Part shown: positions 8,613 through 18,063 of the stretch, piece after piece
Numbering within the stretch: the stretch's first letter is position 1
Layout of the letters: the number at the start of each line of letters is the position of its first letter
Assembly (NCBI GenBank): GCA_018818425.1
Contig: JAHISB010000026.1
Location: forward strand, 525-64,524
Length of the DNA stretch: 64,000 bases
Reading direction: 5' to 3'
From: Patescibacteria group bacterium
Lineage (GTDB): Bacteria; Patescibacteriota; Patescibacteriia; UBA1558; UBA10009
Position numbers and translations under genes: made by a program
Notes under the pieces: model-generated
Told to the model about the DNA's origin: nothing
The model's input: only the letters and a program-made list of their open reading frames with translations
Databases searched by the model: none

Positions 8613-10391
8613 ATGCACAAAACAAAACAAACAAAAAGAACCATTCAATTTAAAAGAAGAAGATCTGGAGTGAGAACCAGAGCCGTTGCCGAAAAAAAAC
8701 GGCCTGTTGACTATGGCAAAGCCCGGGGAGACGACAAGTTAAAAATAATCGTTTTAGGCGGCAACGAAGAAGTCGGCAGAAATATGACTGTTTTAGAATA
8801 TGGCCGCGACTTAATAATTATTGATCTAGGCCTGCAGTTTCCCGAAGAAGATATGCCGGGCATTGACTATATTATCCCTAACATCAGCTGCCTTAAAGGC
8901 AAACAGCAAAAAATCAGAGGCATTTTTATAACTCACGGACACTACGACCATATCGGCGCCATTCCTCATTTAATGGCCGACTTGGGCAATCCGACTATTT
9001 ATAGTTCCGATCTAACGCTGGCTATGATTGCCAAAAGGCAGGAGGATTATAAAAATGGAACTAACTTAAAACTTCAATCAGTCAAGACCAGCGATGTTAT
9101 CAAAGCCGGCTGTTTTACCGTCCGCTTTTTTGGCGTCAGCCATAATATTCCCACTTCCATGGGGCTGATTATTGATACGCCTGTCGGTAAAATTGTCCAC
9201 ACCGGCGACTTTAAACTGGATTTAAACGAAACCGGCGACTCGCCCACGGAAATTGATAAAATCGCCGCTCTGGGCAAACAAAACGTTTTAGCCCTGCTTT
9301 CCGACTCCACCAACGCGCCCCAGCCGGGCCACCAGATGAGCGAGTCGGAAATTCAGCACAACCTTGATGATATTATTAAAAACGCATCAGGCAGAGTAAT
9401 TATGGGAACTTTTGCTTCTCTTTTAGGCAGAGTTCAACAAATAATTTTAGCGGCTGAAAAATTTCATAAAAAAGTGGTTATTGACGGTTACTCAATGAAA
9501 ACTAACGTTGAAATTGCCAGAGCTTTAGGTTATTTAAAAATTAAAAAAGATACTTTAATTTCTATTAAAGATACTCATCGTTATCCTAAAAATAAAATTT
9601 TGATTATGTGCACCGGCGCCCAGGGCGAAGACCGGGCCGTTTTAATGAGAATCGCCAATAAAGAGCATAAAGACCTTAAAGTTGAACCGGGCGACACCAT
9701 TGTCTTTTCCTCCTCGGTGGTGCCCGGCAACGAACGCTCCGTTCAAAGATTAAAAGATTCGCTTTACCGCGAAGGCGCCGAGGTAATTCACTACCAGATG
9801 ATGGACGTTCATGCCGGCGGCCATGCTAAAGGCGAGGATTTAAAATTCTTAATTAACTTAATCAAACCCAGATATTTTATCCCGGTTGAAGGCAATCATT
9901 CTTTTTTAAGAATACATGCCAAAATCGCTGCCAGCGCCGGCATTAATCCCAAAAATATTTTAGTGGCCGACAACGGCCAGATTATGGAATTCACCAATCA
10001 CAGCGGCGTTCTGACGGATAAAAAAGTTGTTTCTGATTATGTTTTTGTTGACGGGCTGGGCGTCGGCGATGTTTCTAACATAGTTCTGCGAGACAGGCAG
10101 ATGATGGCCGCCGACGGCATGATTGTGGTTATTGCCACCATCAGAACCAGAACCGGGCAATTGGTCCAAAATCCTGATTTAATCTCCAGGGGCTTTATTT
10201 ATATGAAGGAAAATAAAAAACTGGTGGAAGAAACCCGCAATAAAGTCAAATCTATATTAAAAGATTATAACCCCAAAACTTCAGCTAATGACGCTTACAT
10301 CAAAGACAAAATCAGAAACGAAATCGGCAGATTCCTTTTCCAAAAAACCGAACGCCGGCCCATGGTTCTGCCGGTGATTATTGAAGTTTGA
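8613..10391 (+). CDS. rnj: ribonuclease J (beta-CASP metallo-beta-lactamase family)
   Basis: LKIIVLGGNEEVGRNMTVLEY, HxHxDH motif ITHGHYDHIGAIPHL, beta-CASP region and C-terminal domain. N-terminal basic extension. Confidence 0.85.
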   Translation: MHKTKQTKRTIQFKRRRSGVRTRAVAEKKRPVDYGKARGDDKLKIIVLGGNEEVGRNMTVLEYGRDLIIIDLGLQFPEEDMPGIDYIIPNISCLKGKQQKIRGIFITHGHYDHIGAIPHLMADLGNPTIYSSDLTLAMIAKRQEDYKNGTNLKLQSVKTSDVIKAGCFTVRFFGVSHNIPTSMGLIIDTPVGKIVHTGDFKLDLNETGDSPTEIDKIAALGKQNVLALLSDSTNAPQPGHQMSESEIQHNLDDIIKNASGRVIMGTFASLLGRVQQIILAAEKFHKKVVIDGYSMKTNVEIARALGYLKIKKDTLISIKDTHRYPKNKILIMCTGAQGEDRAVLMRIANKEHKDLKVEPGDTIVFSSSVVPGNERSVQRLKDSLYREGAEVIHYQMMDVHAGGHAKGEDLKFLINLIKPRYFIPVEGNHSFLRIHAKIAASAGINPKNILVADNGQIMEFTNHSGVLTDKKVVSDYVFVDGLGVGDVSNIVLRDRQMMAADGMIVVIATIRTRTGQLVQNPDLISRGFIYMKENKKLVEETRNKVKSILKDYNPKTSANDAYIKDKIRNEIGRFLFQKTERRPMVLPVIIEV

Positions 10392-10424
10392 TAAAATATC
10401 AAATAATTAAAAAAGGGCGACTTT

Positions 10425-11186
10425 TCAATCGTCCTTTTGATTTTCACTGAATAAATGCCCCCTAACGGTTATTGCCGGCAACAAAAGAAAGCTTGTTACA
10501 GTTTCTACCTCAACTGGAACTAAGTCTTTCTCCCTTGCCCAAAGCGTAATCTCCCCTCCAGGAAAAAGGTTGTCTTTGGGGTCTAAAGTTATTCTAATCT
10601 TCCAGCATTTTATTTTTTCTTCCTGAACTTTTTTTTCCGCTTTTTTCTTAACCTCTATCCGCACCGGCTTCCAGGCGCTTTTTATCCCGTCCGAATCATG
10701 GCCGATGATATAAAAGGTATCAACCTTGCCAACTTCCGGACTATAATTCCCTTTAAGTAAAAAAATGGAACTAAGCGCATCGTTGGGTTGATGATCTCCT
10801 ATTCTTAAAGTGTCCAGCAGACTATCGCCGGAAAAATGGTAGATAAGCTGGCAGCCATAATCTATCTGCCATATTTCCTCATTAACATCAGTCAACTTGT
10901 GGTAAATTCTTTGAACACAACCATTACTATCAATTTGTACTTGGGCAAAATTATTTACCTTTTTGCCTAAAGCAGAACCCCAGCCATGAAAAGTCAGGAT
11001 AAGATTGTTGTTTTCCGCTTTTTTACAGACTAAACTAGCTTCACCGGCCTGACTTCTAGGAAAGCCAACATACCGCACATTCCAAAACAGTTGGTATTGA
11101 TACTCCTCCACAATGATTTTTTGTTGAGCGACGGCCGCGGGGCGTACGCTCAACATCAAGATTATGATGATTGCTAAGCGTTTCAT
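10425..11186 (-). CDS. hypothetical secreted protein
   Basis: Signal peptide MKRLAIIIILMLSVRPAAVAQQ if started at the internal ATG 11186 (the ORF extends to 11228). No recognisable family. Confidence 0.45.
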   Translation of the reverse strand: MKRLAIIIILMLSVRPAAVAQQKIIVEEYQYQLFWNVRYVGFPRSQAGEASLVCKKAENNNLILTFHGWGSALGKKVNNFAQVQIDSNGCVQRIYHKLTDVNEEIWQIDYGCQLIYHFSGDSLLDTLRIGDHQPNDALSSIFLLKGNYSPEVGKVDTFYIIGHDSDGIKSAWKPVRIEVKKKAEKKVQEEKIKCWKIRITLDPKDNLFPGGEITLWAREKDLVPVEVETVTSFLLLPAITVRGHLFSENQKDD

Positions 11187-11277
11187 CGCTCGTTCTCCTT
11201 TTGTTAAATCAACGAACGTTTCCACCATCTAACTAAATTTAACAGTCCTTGTCAAGCGCATAAATTACTGATAAAAT

Positions 11278-12267
11278 GTGGTTATGACCAATCAAAAAAT
11301 ACTTTTCTCCGGTATTCAACCAACCGGTGAGATACATCTTGGCAACTATTTAGGCGCCTTAAAAAACTGGGTTGATTTGCAGAATAAGTATAGTTGCTAT
11401 TATTCCATAGTTGACCTTCATGCGATTACCATTGATTATGAACCGAAAAACTATCAGGAAAAAATTCTTGATACGGCCATGGATTTGTTGGCTATTGGCC
11501 TTAACCCCAAAAAATCAGTTCTTTTTGTCCAGTCGCGCGTTCCCGAGCACACCGAACTGTGCTGGCTGTTTAATACTTTAATTCCCATCGCCGAACTGGA
11601 GCGCATGACCCAGTTTAAAGATAAGTCCCAGGAACATAAAAAGAATATCAACGCCGGACTTTTTGATTATCCTGTTCTGCAGGCCGCTGATATTCTTTTG
11701 TATCACGGCCAAGTTGTGCCGGTGGGCGAAGACCAGCTGCAGCATTTAGAACTGGCCAATAAAATCGTCAGAAAATTCAATAACAAGTTCGGAGAATATT
11801 TTAAAGAAGTTGAGCCGGTCATCAGTTCCGGCGCCAGAATTATGTCGCTAGCTGACCCGGCAAAAAAAATGAGCAAGTCCTTAGGACCGGCCCATTATAT
11901 TTCTATTAATGATACGCCTGATGTCATTAAGAAAAAGGTGATGAAAGCTGTTACCGATACGGGCGAGGCAAAAGAAATGTCGCCGGGAGTAAAAAATCTA
12001 CTTAGACTTCTTGAGCTTTTAACCGATTCCAAAACTTTCCAAAAATACCAAAAAGTTTACGATAATAAATCAATAAGATATTCTGATTTAAAAACAGAAC
12101 TGGCTGACGCTATCATCAAACATTTAAAGCCAATTCAAGAAAAAAAGAAAGAATTGATGAAAGATAAAAACAAAGTTCAAAAAATTCTTGATACCGGCGC
12201 CAAAAAAGCGCGAAGGGTTGCGCAAAAGAATATTGTGGAGATAAAAAAGAGGATGGGGTTAATGTAA
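11278..12267 (+). CDS. trpS: tryptophan--tRNA ligase
   Basis: HIGH-type motif TGEIHLGNYLG, KMSKS motif KKMSKSL, class I aaRS TrpRS layout, about 329 aa. Confidence 0.9.
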   Translation: MVMTNQKILFSGIQPTGEIHLGNYLGALKNWVDLQNKYSCYYSIVDLHAITIDYEPKNYQEKILDTAMDLLAIGLNPKKSVLFVQSRVPEHTELCWLFNTLIPIAELERMTQFKDKSQEHKKNINAGLFDYPVLQAADILLYHGQVVPVGEDQLQHLELANKIVRKFNNKFGEYFKEVEPVISSGARIMSLADPAKKMSKSLGPAHYISINDTPDVIKKKVMKAVTDTGEAKEMSPGVKNLLRLLELLTDSKTFQKYQKVYDNKSIRYSDLKTELADAIIKHLKPIQEKKKELMKDKNKVQKILDTGAKKARRVAQKNIVEIKKRMGLM

Positions 12268-12284
12268 AATAATCGTTGCAAAAC

Positions 12285-12345
12285 GCAGCGGCGCATTGTC
12301 ATCCTGAGCTGAGCCGAAGGATTGCGTCGCTATATTTTATTTGAC
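12285..12345 (+). terminator. REP-like compound hairpin / terminator after trpS (family F copy 1)
   Basis: CGCAGCGGCGCA...TGCGTCGCTAT with inner ATCCT/AGGAT stem, followed by a T-rich run TATATTTTATTT. Confidence 0.5.
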
Positions 12346-12401
12346 AAAGTCTAAACTTCCGATTAAAATACAAAAAAAGTTCATTCACAAAATACGAGGG
12401 C

Positions 12402-13079
12402 TTGGCCATGATCACCTACTTTCTACTCATTCTTGGCGGCATGGCCACCAAGATCTTTGTTTTTCTCTTCATTAAACTGGAGGTAAATGGAAGAAAAAAC
12501 ATTCCCAAAAATGTAACCAATCTCATTTTCTCATCCAACCATGAAGCTTATATTGATTCTTGGTTGGTTATGACTTACATGAGACCGCTCTGGTATTTTA
12601 TTTTTCACCCAGCTGCTATTCCATGGAACACGCCCGAAAAAAAGAATTTTTTTAACACCTGGTGGAAAAAAATCATCTTTTCACATCTTAGATGCCTGCC
12701 TGTAACAAGGGGCGGGATGGGACCAAGAGAAACTGAATTTTTCTCTGAACAAGTTAAAAAAAAATTAAAAAAGCACAGTATCTTATGGTACTTCGAACAA
12801 ACAAGGGCGCGGAATAATGAAATTGGTGAACCCAAACAAGGCGTCGGTTGGGTTATCCGCGAAAACCTGTCCAGAGTAATTCCCATAAGAATCAGAGGTA
12901 TGGATAATGTTTGGCCAGTAGATTCAAAACTCCCAAAGGTTTCCCTCTTTAAAAAAATAAGGGTCCATATCAACTATGGCAGTCCTTTAAACATTGATGA
13001 TTTGTTGATTGAACAAAATAATAAACCAACCCACATGGCTATCGGCCAGCGGATCAAGGAGGCCGTTGAGGCATTGTAA
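12402..13079 (+). CDS. lysophospholipid acyltransferase (PlsC-like) family protein
   Basis: N-terminal TM; acyltransferase H-x4-D motif SSNHEAYIDSW; later FEQTRARN and PIRIRG blocks resemble PlsC motifs III-IV. Confidence 0.5.
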   Translation: MAMITYFLLILGGMATKIFVFLFIKLEVNGRKNIPKNVTNLIFSSNHEAYIDSWLVMTYMRPLWYFIFHPAAIPWNTPEKKNFFNTWWKKIIFSHLRCLPVTRGGMGPRETEFFSEQVKKKLKKHSILWYFEQTRARNNEIGEPKQGVGWVIRENLSRVIPIRIRGMDNVWPVDSKLPKVSLFKKIRVHINYGSPLNIDDLLIEQNNKPTHMAIGQRIKEAVEAL

Positions 13080-13138
13080 AACCACCCTGAACAAAAGTTG
13101 AAGGGTGGTAATTTTTTTTTATTGTAAATATCATGAAA

Positions 13139-13189
13139 CGTAGCGACGTATTGTCATCCTGAGCTGAGTCGAAGGATTGCGTCGCTACG
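13139..13189. terminator. REP-like perfect hairpin between convergent genes (family F copy 2); probable bidirectional terminator
   Basis: CGTAGCGACG...CGTCGCTACG 10-bp perfect inverted repeat around the same core TTGTCATCCTGAGCTGAGYCGAAGGATTG as 12285-12332, followed by TTTTAT. Confidence 0.55.
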
Positions 13190-13191
13190 TT

Positions 13192-14025
13192 TTATAACTC
13201 AACCTTTTCGCCTTTAATTTTACTTCCAATAAATTTACTGCCTAGAGTTTCAAACTTTTCCGAACTGTCGGTAGTTAAATACCTGACAGCCTGCCCGCCG
13301 TGGTCTTGACGAAGGTGGGTTTTATTTTTTTCAATTTTTGACTCAATTTCCGGATGGCGATTCAAATAATCAACTAATTTTTCTGCAACCACCTTGGGCG
13401 CATCTAAAACCTTAACTCTCTTGCCAATAATTCTTTCAAACTCTTTCATTAACAGTGGATAATGAGTACAGCCCAAAATTAATGTGTCAATTTCTCTTTC
13501 TTTTAAAGACCGTAAACATTTTTTAATAGTCATCCTGGTTTCTGGTTTTTTTATCATGCCTTCCTCAACTAAAGGAACCAACAACGGACAGGAGTTTTGA
13601 AAAATTTGCAGTTTTGAGTTTTCAGTTTTTAATTCTCTGATATATGCTTTCGAATCAATGGTCGACTTAGTGCCAACCACTCCAATTCGGCCAAATCGAG
13701 ATATCTTTGCAGCTTCTTCAACCACAGGTCTGATGACTCCTAAGATGCGGCAGTCAGGGTAATTCTTGGGCAGCCACTCCTGCTGCAGCTTTCTTAAAGC
13801 TTCGGCCGAAGCCGTATTGCAAGCGATAATAACCAGCCGGCAGCCCTGCTTAAATAAAAAATCAACAGCTTTTTCGGTAAATTGATAAACTGCCTCTTGG
13901 CTTCTGCCGCCGTAAGGGGCTCTTAAATTATCACCCAGATAAATATAAGAATAATCAGGCAAAGCCCTTTTTATTTCTTTGAAGACTGTTAACCCCCCGA
14001 AGCCGGAGTCAAAGATTCCTATCAT
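13192..14025 (-). CDS. murI: glutamate racemase
   Basis: MIGIFDSGFGGLTVFKEI and IIACNTASA motifs typical of MurI. Confidence 0.85.
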   Translation of the reverse strand: MIGIFDSGFGGLTVFKEIKRALPDYSYIYLGDNLRAPYGGRSQEAVYQFTEKAVDFLFKQGCRLVIIACNTASAEALRKLQQEWLPKNYPDCRILGVIRPVVEEAAKISRFGRIGVVGTKSTIDSKAYIRELKTENSKLQIFQNSCPLLVPLVEEGMIKKPETRMTIKKCLRSLKEREIDTLILGCTHYPLLMKEFERIIGKRVKVLDAPKVVAEKLVDYLNRHPEIESKIEKNKTHLRQDHGGQAVRYLTTDSSEKFETLGSKFIGSKIKGEKVEL

Positions 14026-14285
14026 AGTATTTTATCTGATTTTAATCCGCCACTTGCCCGCCGAAGCTTTAGCGTAGGCGGGAAGCCGGAGTCGAAGATT
14101 CCTATCATATATATAAAATTCCAAAATACAAGAAACAAGATACAAACAAATCCCAAATTCCAAAATTCCAAATAACAAATAATATTCTAAATCCTAATTA
14201 CCGAAACTGTTGATTGTTTGGTTTATTATGTTTTGAAATTTGATGATTGAAATTTGTTTGTTACTTGGAATTTGTATCTTATTGC

Positions 14286-15773
14286 TTAATTGTTTATTAC
14301 TTTTAAAACCTCCTCCTGCCTTTTCTTTAATTCTTTTTGATTTTTTGCTTCAACAGTGATCCTTAAAAGCGGCTCGGTATTTGATGGACGCACATTAAAC
14401 CAATAATCCTCAAACTCCGCCGTAATGCCGTCTATTTCATCTTTAATATTTTTTTGATAGTGACTTCTGATTTTTTCTAGTTTTGACGAAATGTCATCAA
14501 CTTTAATGTTTATTTCATCGCCTCGGGCGTATAAACTGTAATCTTTGATGATTTCTGATAATTTGCGGCCGTCTTCGGAAATTGTCTGCAATGATAAAGC
14601 CAAAGCGATAAAACCGTTATCGGCATAATAATTTTTCTTAAAAGCAAAATGGCCGGAAACTTCGCCGCTCATTACTCCGCCTTCGTTCCGCATATGATTG
14701 GCTAGATTAAGGTAGCCAACCTCGCTTCTGATCGGCCGTCCGCCCCATTTACTAACCAGTTCCGGCACCGCATGGGAGCAGATTAAATTATAAACAATGC
14801 CGGCGCCCGGATTCTTTTCCAGCATAACTTTAGCCATCAACAGCAAAGTTATATCGCCGGTGATAAAATGCCCCTGTTCATCAATTAAGAACATTCTGTC
14901 GCCGTCCGCATCAAACATTATTCCCAGATCGGCTTTTTCTTTTAAAATTTTCTGGCTGGCTTTTTCCGAAGCTCCTTCTGTTAAAGGATTGGGGTGGCGG
15001 TTGGCAAACTTATTATCAAGTTCAGGGAATAATGATATTAATTGGCAAGGCAATTTTTCAAAAAGTTTGGGCATCAATAAGCCCGCCATGCCGTTGCCGG
15101 TGTCTACTACAACTTTAAGTGGCTTGATTTTATTGACTTCCACAAAAGATAAAATATGATTTAGATGATCTTGAAAGATGTCTTTTTTCTCTATCCGGCC
15201 TTTGATTTTTTCATCCTCAAGGGGAAGGTCCAGCTTGATCAATTCCTCGTATAAAACTTTACCGCTGATAAATTCAATGCTGTCCGGAAAATCCTGATTC
15301 ATTTTGACCATTTTAAAACCGCCGTATTCCGGAGGGTTGTGAGAAGCGGTGGCCATGATGCCCCCATTATATTTATAATAACCAACGGCAAAATAAAAAT
15401 CGTTAATGGAAATTAAACCAAGATCATCAACTTTGACGCCATATTCTAAAAAAATGTTGATGACTGATTTAATCAACGGCTCTGACGCTTCTCTAATATC
15501 TCGGCCGACCGCTAACTTTAACTCTTTAATCGGCTTGTTAAATTTTTGAGTCATGATCTTTAAAAAGGCTTGAGCAACCAGCTTAGCGGTTTCTTGATTT
15601 AATTGTTGAGGATAGATTCCCCTGATGTCGTAGGATTTAAAAATTTCAGCCAGAGGCTGACCAGTCTTTGACTGGGATTGATTGATATTCATATTTTTGA
15701 TTTTAGCTGATTTTGCTGGATAAATCAATAAGGCGCTGACCCAATGCCAACGCCCTATTATCCAAATAGTCAA
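14286..15773 (-). CDS. phosphoglucomutase/phosphomannomutase family protein
   Basis: Active-site loop GIMATASHNPPEYGGFK (TASHNP), Mg-binding FDADGDR, four-domain PGM/PMM length. Alternative start MNINQ at 15692. Confidence 0.8.
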   Translation of the reverse strand: MTIWIIGRWHWVSALLIYPAKSAKIKNMNINQSQSKTGQPLAEIFKSYDIRGIYPQQLNQETAKLVAQAFLKIMTQKFNKPIKELKLAVGRDIREASEPLIKSVINIFLEYGVKVDDLGLISINDFYFAVGYYKYNGGIMATASHNPPEYGGFKMVKMNQDFPDSIEFISGKVLYEELIKLDLPLEDEKIKGRIEKKDIFQDHLNHILSFVEVNKIKPLKVVVDTGNGMAGLLMPKLFEKLPCQLISLFPELDNKFANRHPNPLTEGASEKASQKILKEKADLGIMFDADGDRMFLIDEQGHFITGDITLLLMAKVMLEKNPGAGIVYNLICSHAVPELVSKWGGRPIRSEVGYLNLANHMRNEGGVMSGEVSGHFAFKKNYYADNGFIALALSLQTISEDGRKLSEIIKDYSLYARGDEINIKVDDISSKLEKIRSHYQKNIKDEIDGITAEFEDYWFNVRPSNTEPLLRITVEAKNQKELKKRQEEVLKVINN

Positions 15774-15802
15774 ATATTCAAATAATCTAATAGTCTAATA
15801 CT

Positions 15803-16957
15803 TTATTCTTTCATCTCTTTCCAAGCCCTCTTTTTCATTTCCACAATGGCCCCAAGGCCCCACCAAATCGCCACCAAACAAATTAACCAGCCAACGATAG
15901 GTATGCTCTTAATAATAACAAAAGCAATCACTCCGATAACCATTTTGAGTATTAAGCTGAATTTTTCCCAGCCAAAACCCTTGGCCAATAAAATGCCTAA
16001 AGCAATAGCGGCAAAAACTTTGCTAAGATACAGCACAACAGCATAGCTGACCCCTATAATCAAAGCTAAGGGTATGCCAATGACCGTTATCAGTAAAATT
16101 ACGCAGGCAATAGGAGTTAAGAAAAACCAAACCGCGCCCCGGCCGATCTGCGCGCCCGGTTTTTCAATCATCAAATTGGTCATCTCCTTGATCTTTTTAC
16201 CGCCCAAATAAATTATTACCAAACCGACAATAAACAAACTAAACAGTTGAACTAATTTTCCAAAAAAGTAGCCGACGGCAATAAAGCCCAGAATAGCCGC
16301 CTTCTTTGGTTTCTTAATTAAGGCATTATAAACTGTTTCTCCTGCAACAAGCTCTGTTTCCTCCGCGCTGATTTCCTCCATCGCTTTATAATTAAGATCG
16401 CCCTGCAAACTGGCTTGTGGCAATAGCTTCAATTGGCCGTCGATTTTTACATAGGTGTCGCCGCCCACTTCGGTGGCAATGTTTGCCGTATTGCCGGCGA
16501 TTTCTAAATTGCCTCCGACTTTACCCCGAACATCGACCACAGCGCCGGCCAAAGTAACGTGCCTGCCGACTTCAGCAGTTTCGCTGATTATTAAAGTACT
16601 GCCTCCGGCCATAATATTCCTGCTGACTTTGCCGTCAAAAGAAACATTAGAGCCGGCCGCTCTAACGCTGCCGTCAACATCGCCGCTGACCCTGATGTTG
16701 GAACCGGCCGCAAACACATCGCCGTTGACTGTGCCGGAAATAGTGATGGAATTGCCGGCCGCAAACACATCGCCGTTGACTGTGCCGGCAATCTCTACGG
16801 CGTTGCCCCCGGCATAAAAATTGCCTTCATGAACTTCGCTTGATGGCAAATAAACATTTTCGCCGGCTTTTTTAACTCCGGCCTGGACTGCCAGCGGCAA
16901 TACTAAAAGCAAGGCCAGCCCAAAAATCAAAATTAATCGATTAGTTTTTTTAGTCAT
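15803..16957 (-). CDS. bactofilin-like (polymer-forming cytoskeletal repeat) protein with C-terminal multi-TM domain
   Basis: Signal/TM N-term, then repeated beta-helical units GNSITISGTVNGDVFAAGSNIRVSGDVDGSVRAAGSNVSFDG (internal DNA repeats at 16650-16800), then about 5 TM helices. Confidence 0.55.
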   Translation of the reverse strand: MTKKTNRLILIFGLALLLVLPLAVQAGVKKAGENVYLPSSEVHEGNFYAGGNAVEIAGTVNGDVFAAGNSITISGTVNGDVFAAGSNIRVSGDVDGSVRAAGSNVSFDGKVSRNIMAGGSTLIISETAEVGRHVTLAGAVVDVRGKVGGNLEIAGNTANIATEVGGDTYVKIDGQLKLLPQASLQGDLNYKAMEEISAEETELVAGETVYNALIKKPKKAAILGFIAVGYFFGKLVQLFSLFIVGLVIIYLGGKKIKEMTNLMIEKPGAQIGRGAVWFFLTPIACVILLITVIGIPLALIIGVSYAVVLYLSKVFAAIALGILLAKGFGWEKFSLILKMVIGVIAFVIIKSIPIVGWLICLVAIWWGLGAIVEMKKRAWKEMKE

Positions 16958-17143
16958 AAGTATTATGTTAAATGATAAATGAATATCTTATCCGCGAACC
17001 ATCTGTGAGTTATCAGTGAACTGTCAGTGATTATCCGTGCCTTAATTATACCAAAAATATCTGAATCTTGATACTTTAAAAGCTCCATTGGCTCTTTTTT
17101 ATAGCTAATATTAGCCAAAAATATATTCATTATAATTTCACTA

Positions 17144-17172
17144 TTGACTTTTTTTTACCAATGTGCTATATT
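17144..17172 (+). promoter_or_regulatory. sigma70-type promoter (TTGACT-17-TATATT) upstream of CDS 17333..17764
   Basis: TTGACT at 17144-17149, 17-nt spacer, TATATT at 17167-17172. Confidence 0.4.
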
Positions 17173-17332
17173 AATATATTATTTTTCGTTAAGGTTGCCC
17201 TTTTTATCTTATCTGGTTTATTTGCCCTCAAACCTTAGCACTTAGCTGCGATTAACTAAAAGTTGATTGCTGTGGTTTGCTTGGACATTTACTAAAGACA
17301 AAAAAATAAACAAAAACCAAAATGAGGAAAAA

Positions 17333-17764
17333 ATGAAAAGCATTATCATTAGTGTCTTGGTGGTAGGAATCCTAACGGCATTTTACATGTTCATGTTTGG
17401 CCACCAGATACCTACAACGACAAGGGGGGAGGACAGTTTAGCATGCTGTCTGATGATAGCGGTAGAAACGATTGATAGTTTAAATGTCATAAACTCGTGG
17501 CAAGAGTTTGGTGACATCATCACCGAATACCATATTGGTACCGTTGCCGCTGGAGACAGTTCCAGCAACGTTATGTTAAGCATCAGGAAAGGGCGAGGGG
17601 TAGTCCTACTCCATGTATATAATGGAGGTAGGGGGATATTAAGTTGCTATTATAGCAGTTTGGAGCCGCCACCAATCGTGACGGTTCTAACCTCTTATGG
17701 GGCGAGTTGGTTAAATGATGCTGGACAGCATCTTTACCAGCTAGCCCAAAATCTCAACAACTAA
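17333..17764 (+). CDS. hypothetical small secreted/membrane-anchored protein
   Basis: MKSIIISVLVVGILTAFYMFMF signal/TM segment; no family recognised. Upstream part of ORF 17267.. is probably non-coding. Confidence 0.4.
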   Translation: MKSIIISVLVVGILTAFYMFMFGHQIPTTTRGEDSLACCLMIAVETIDSLNVINSWQEFGDIITEYHIGTVAAGDSSSNVMLSIRKGRGVVLLHVYNGGRGILSCYYSSLEPPPIVTVLTSYGASWLNDAGQHLYQLAQNLNN

Positions 17765-17837
17765 AAAAACAAAAGGAGATAGTTGTGAAAAAATTCATCG
17801 CCTTCAGCTCACTCTTCGTGTTCATCATGATTGTGAG

Positions 17838-17990
17838 CTAGGCACTCTCACTACAGAAGAAAAATTAGAGCTTCAAGGATTGTATGCGTTCAAAGACAAT
17901 CCGCGTGGTGCCAAACTTGTACAAAAAGAAGCTCTAGGCACTCTCACTACAGAAGAAAAATTAGAGCTTCAAGGATTGTATGCAAAAAAA
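17838..17990 (+). repeat. tandem direct repeat, 96-bp period, about 1.6 copies (core CTAGGCACTCTCACTACAGAAGAAAAATTAGAGCTTCAAGGATTGTATGC)
   Basis: An identical 50-nt core at 17838-17887 and 17934-17983 separated by 46 nt. In one frame it encodes a (G)TLTTEEKLELQGLYA.. repeat. Confidence 0.7.
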
Positions 17991-18063
17991 AATAATTAAC
18001 AAAAGCCATTTCACTAAGTACGAGCGGGACCCTCACAGGCCCCGCTTTTTTTATTTTAAAAAT

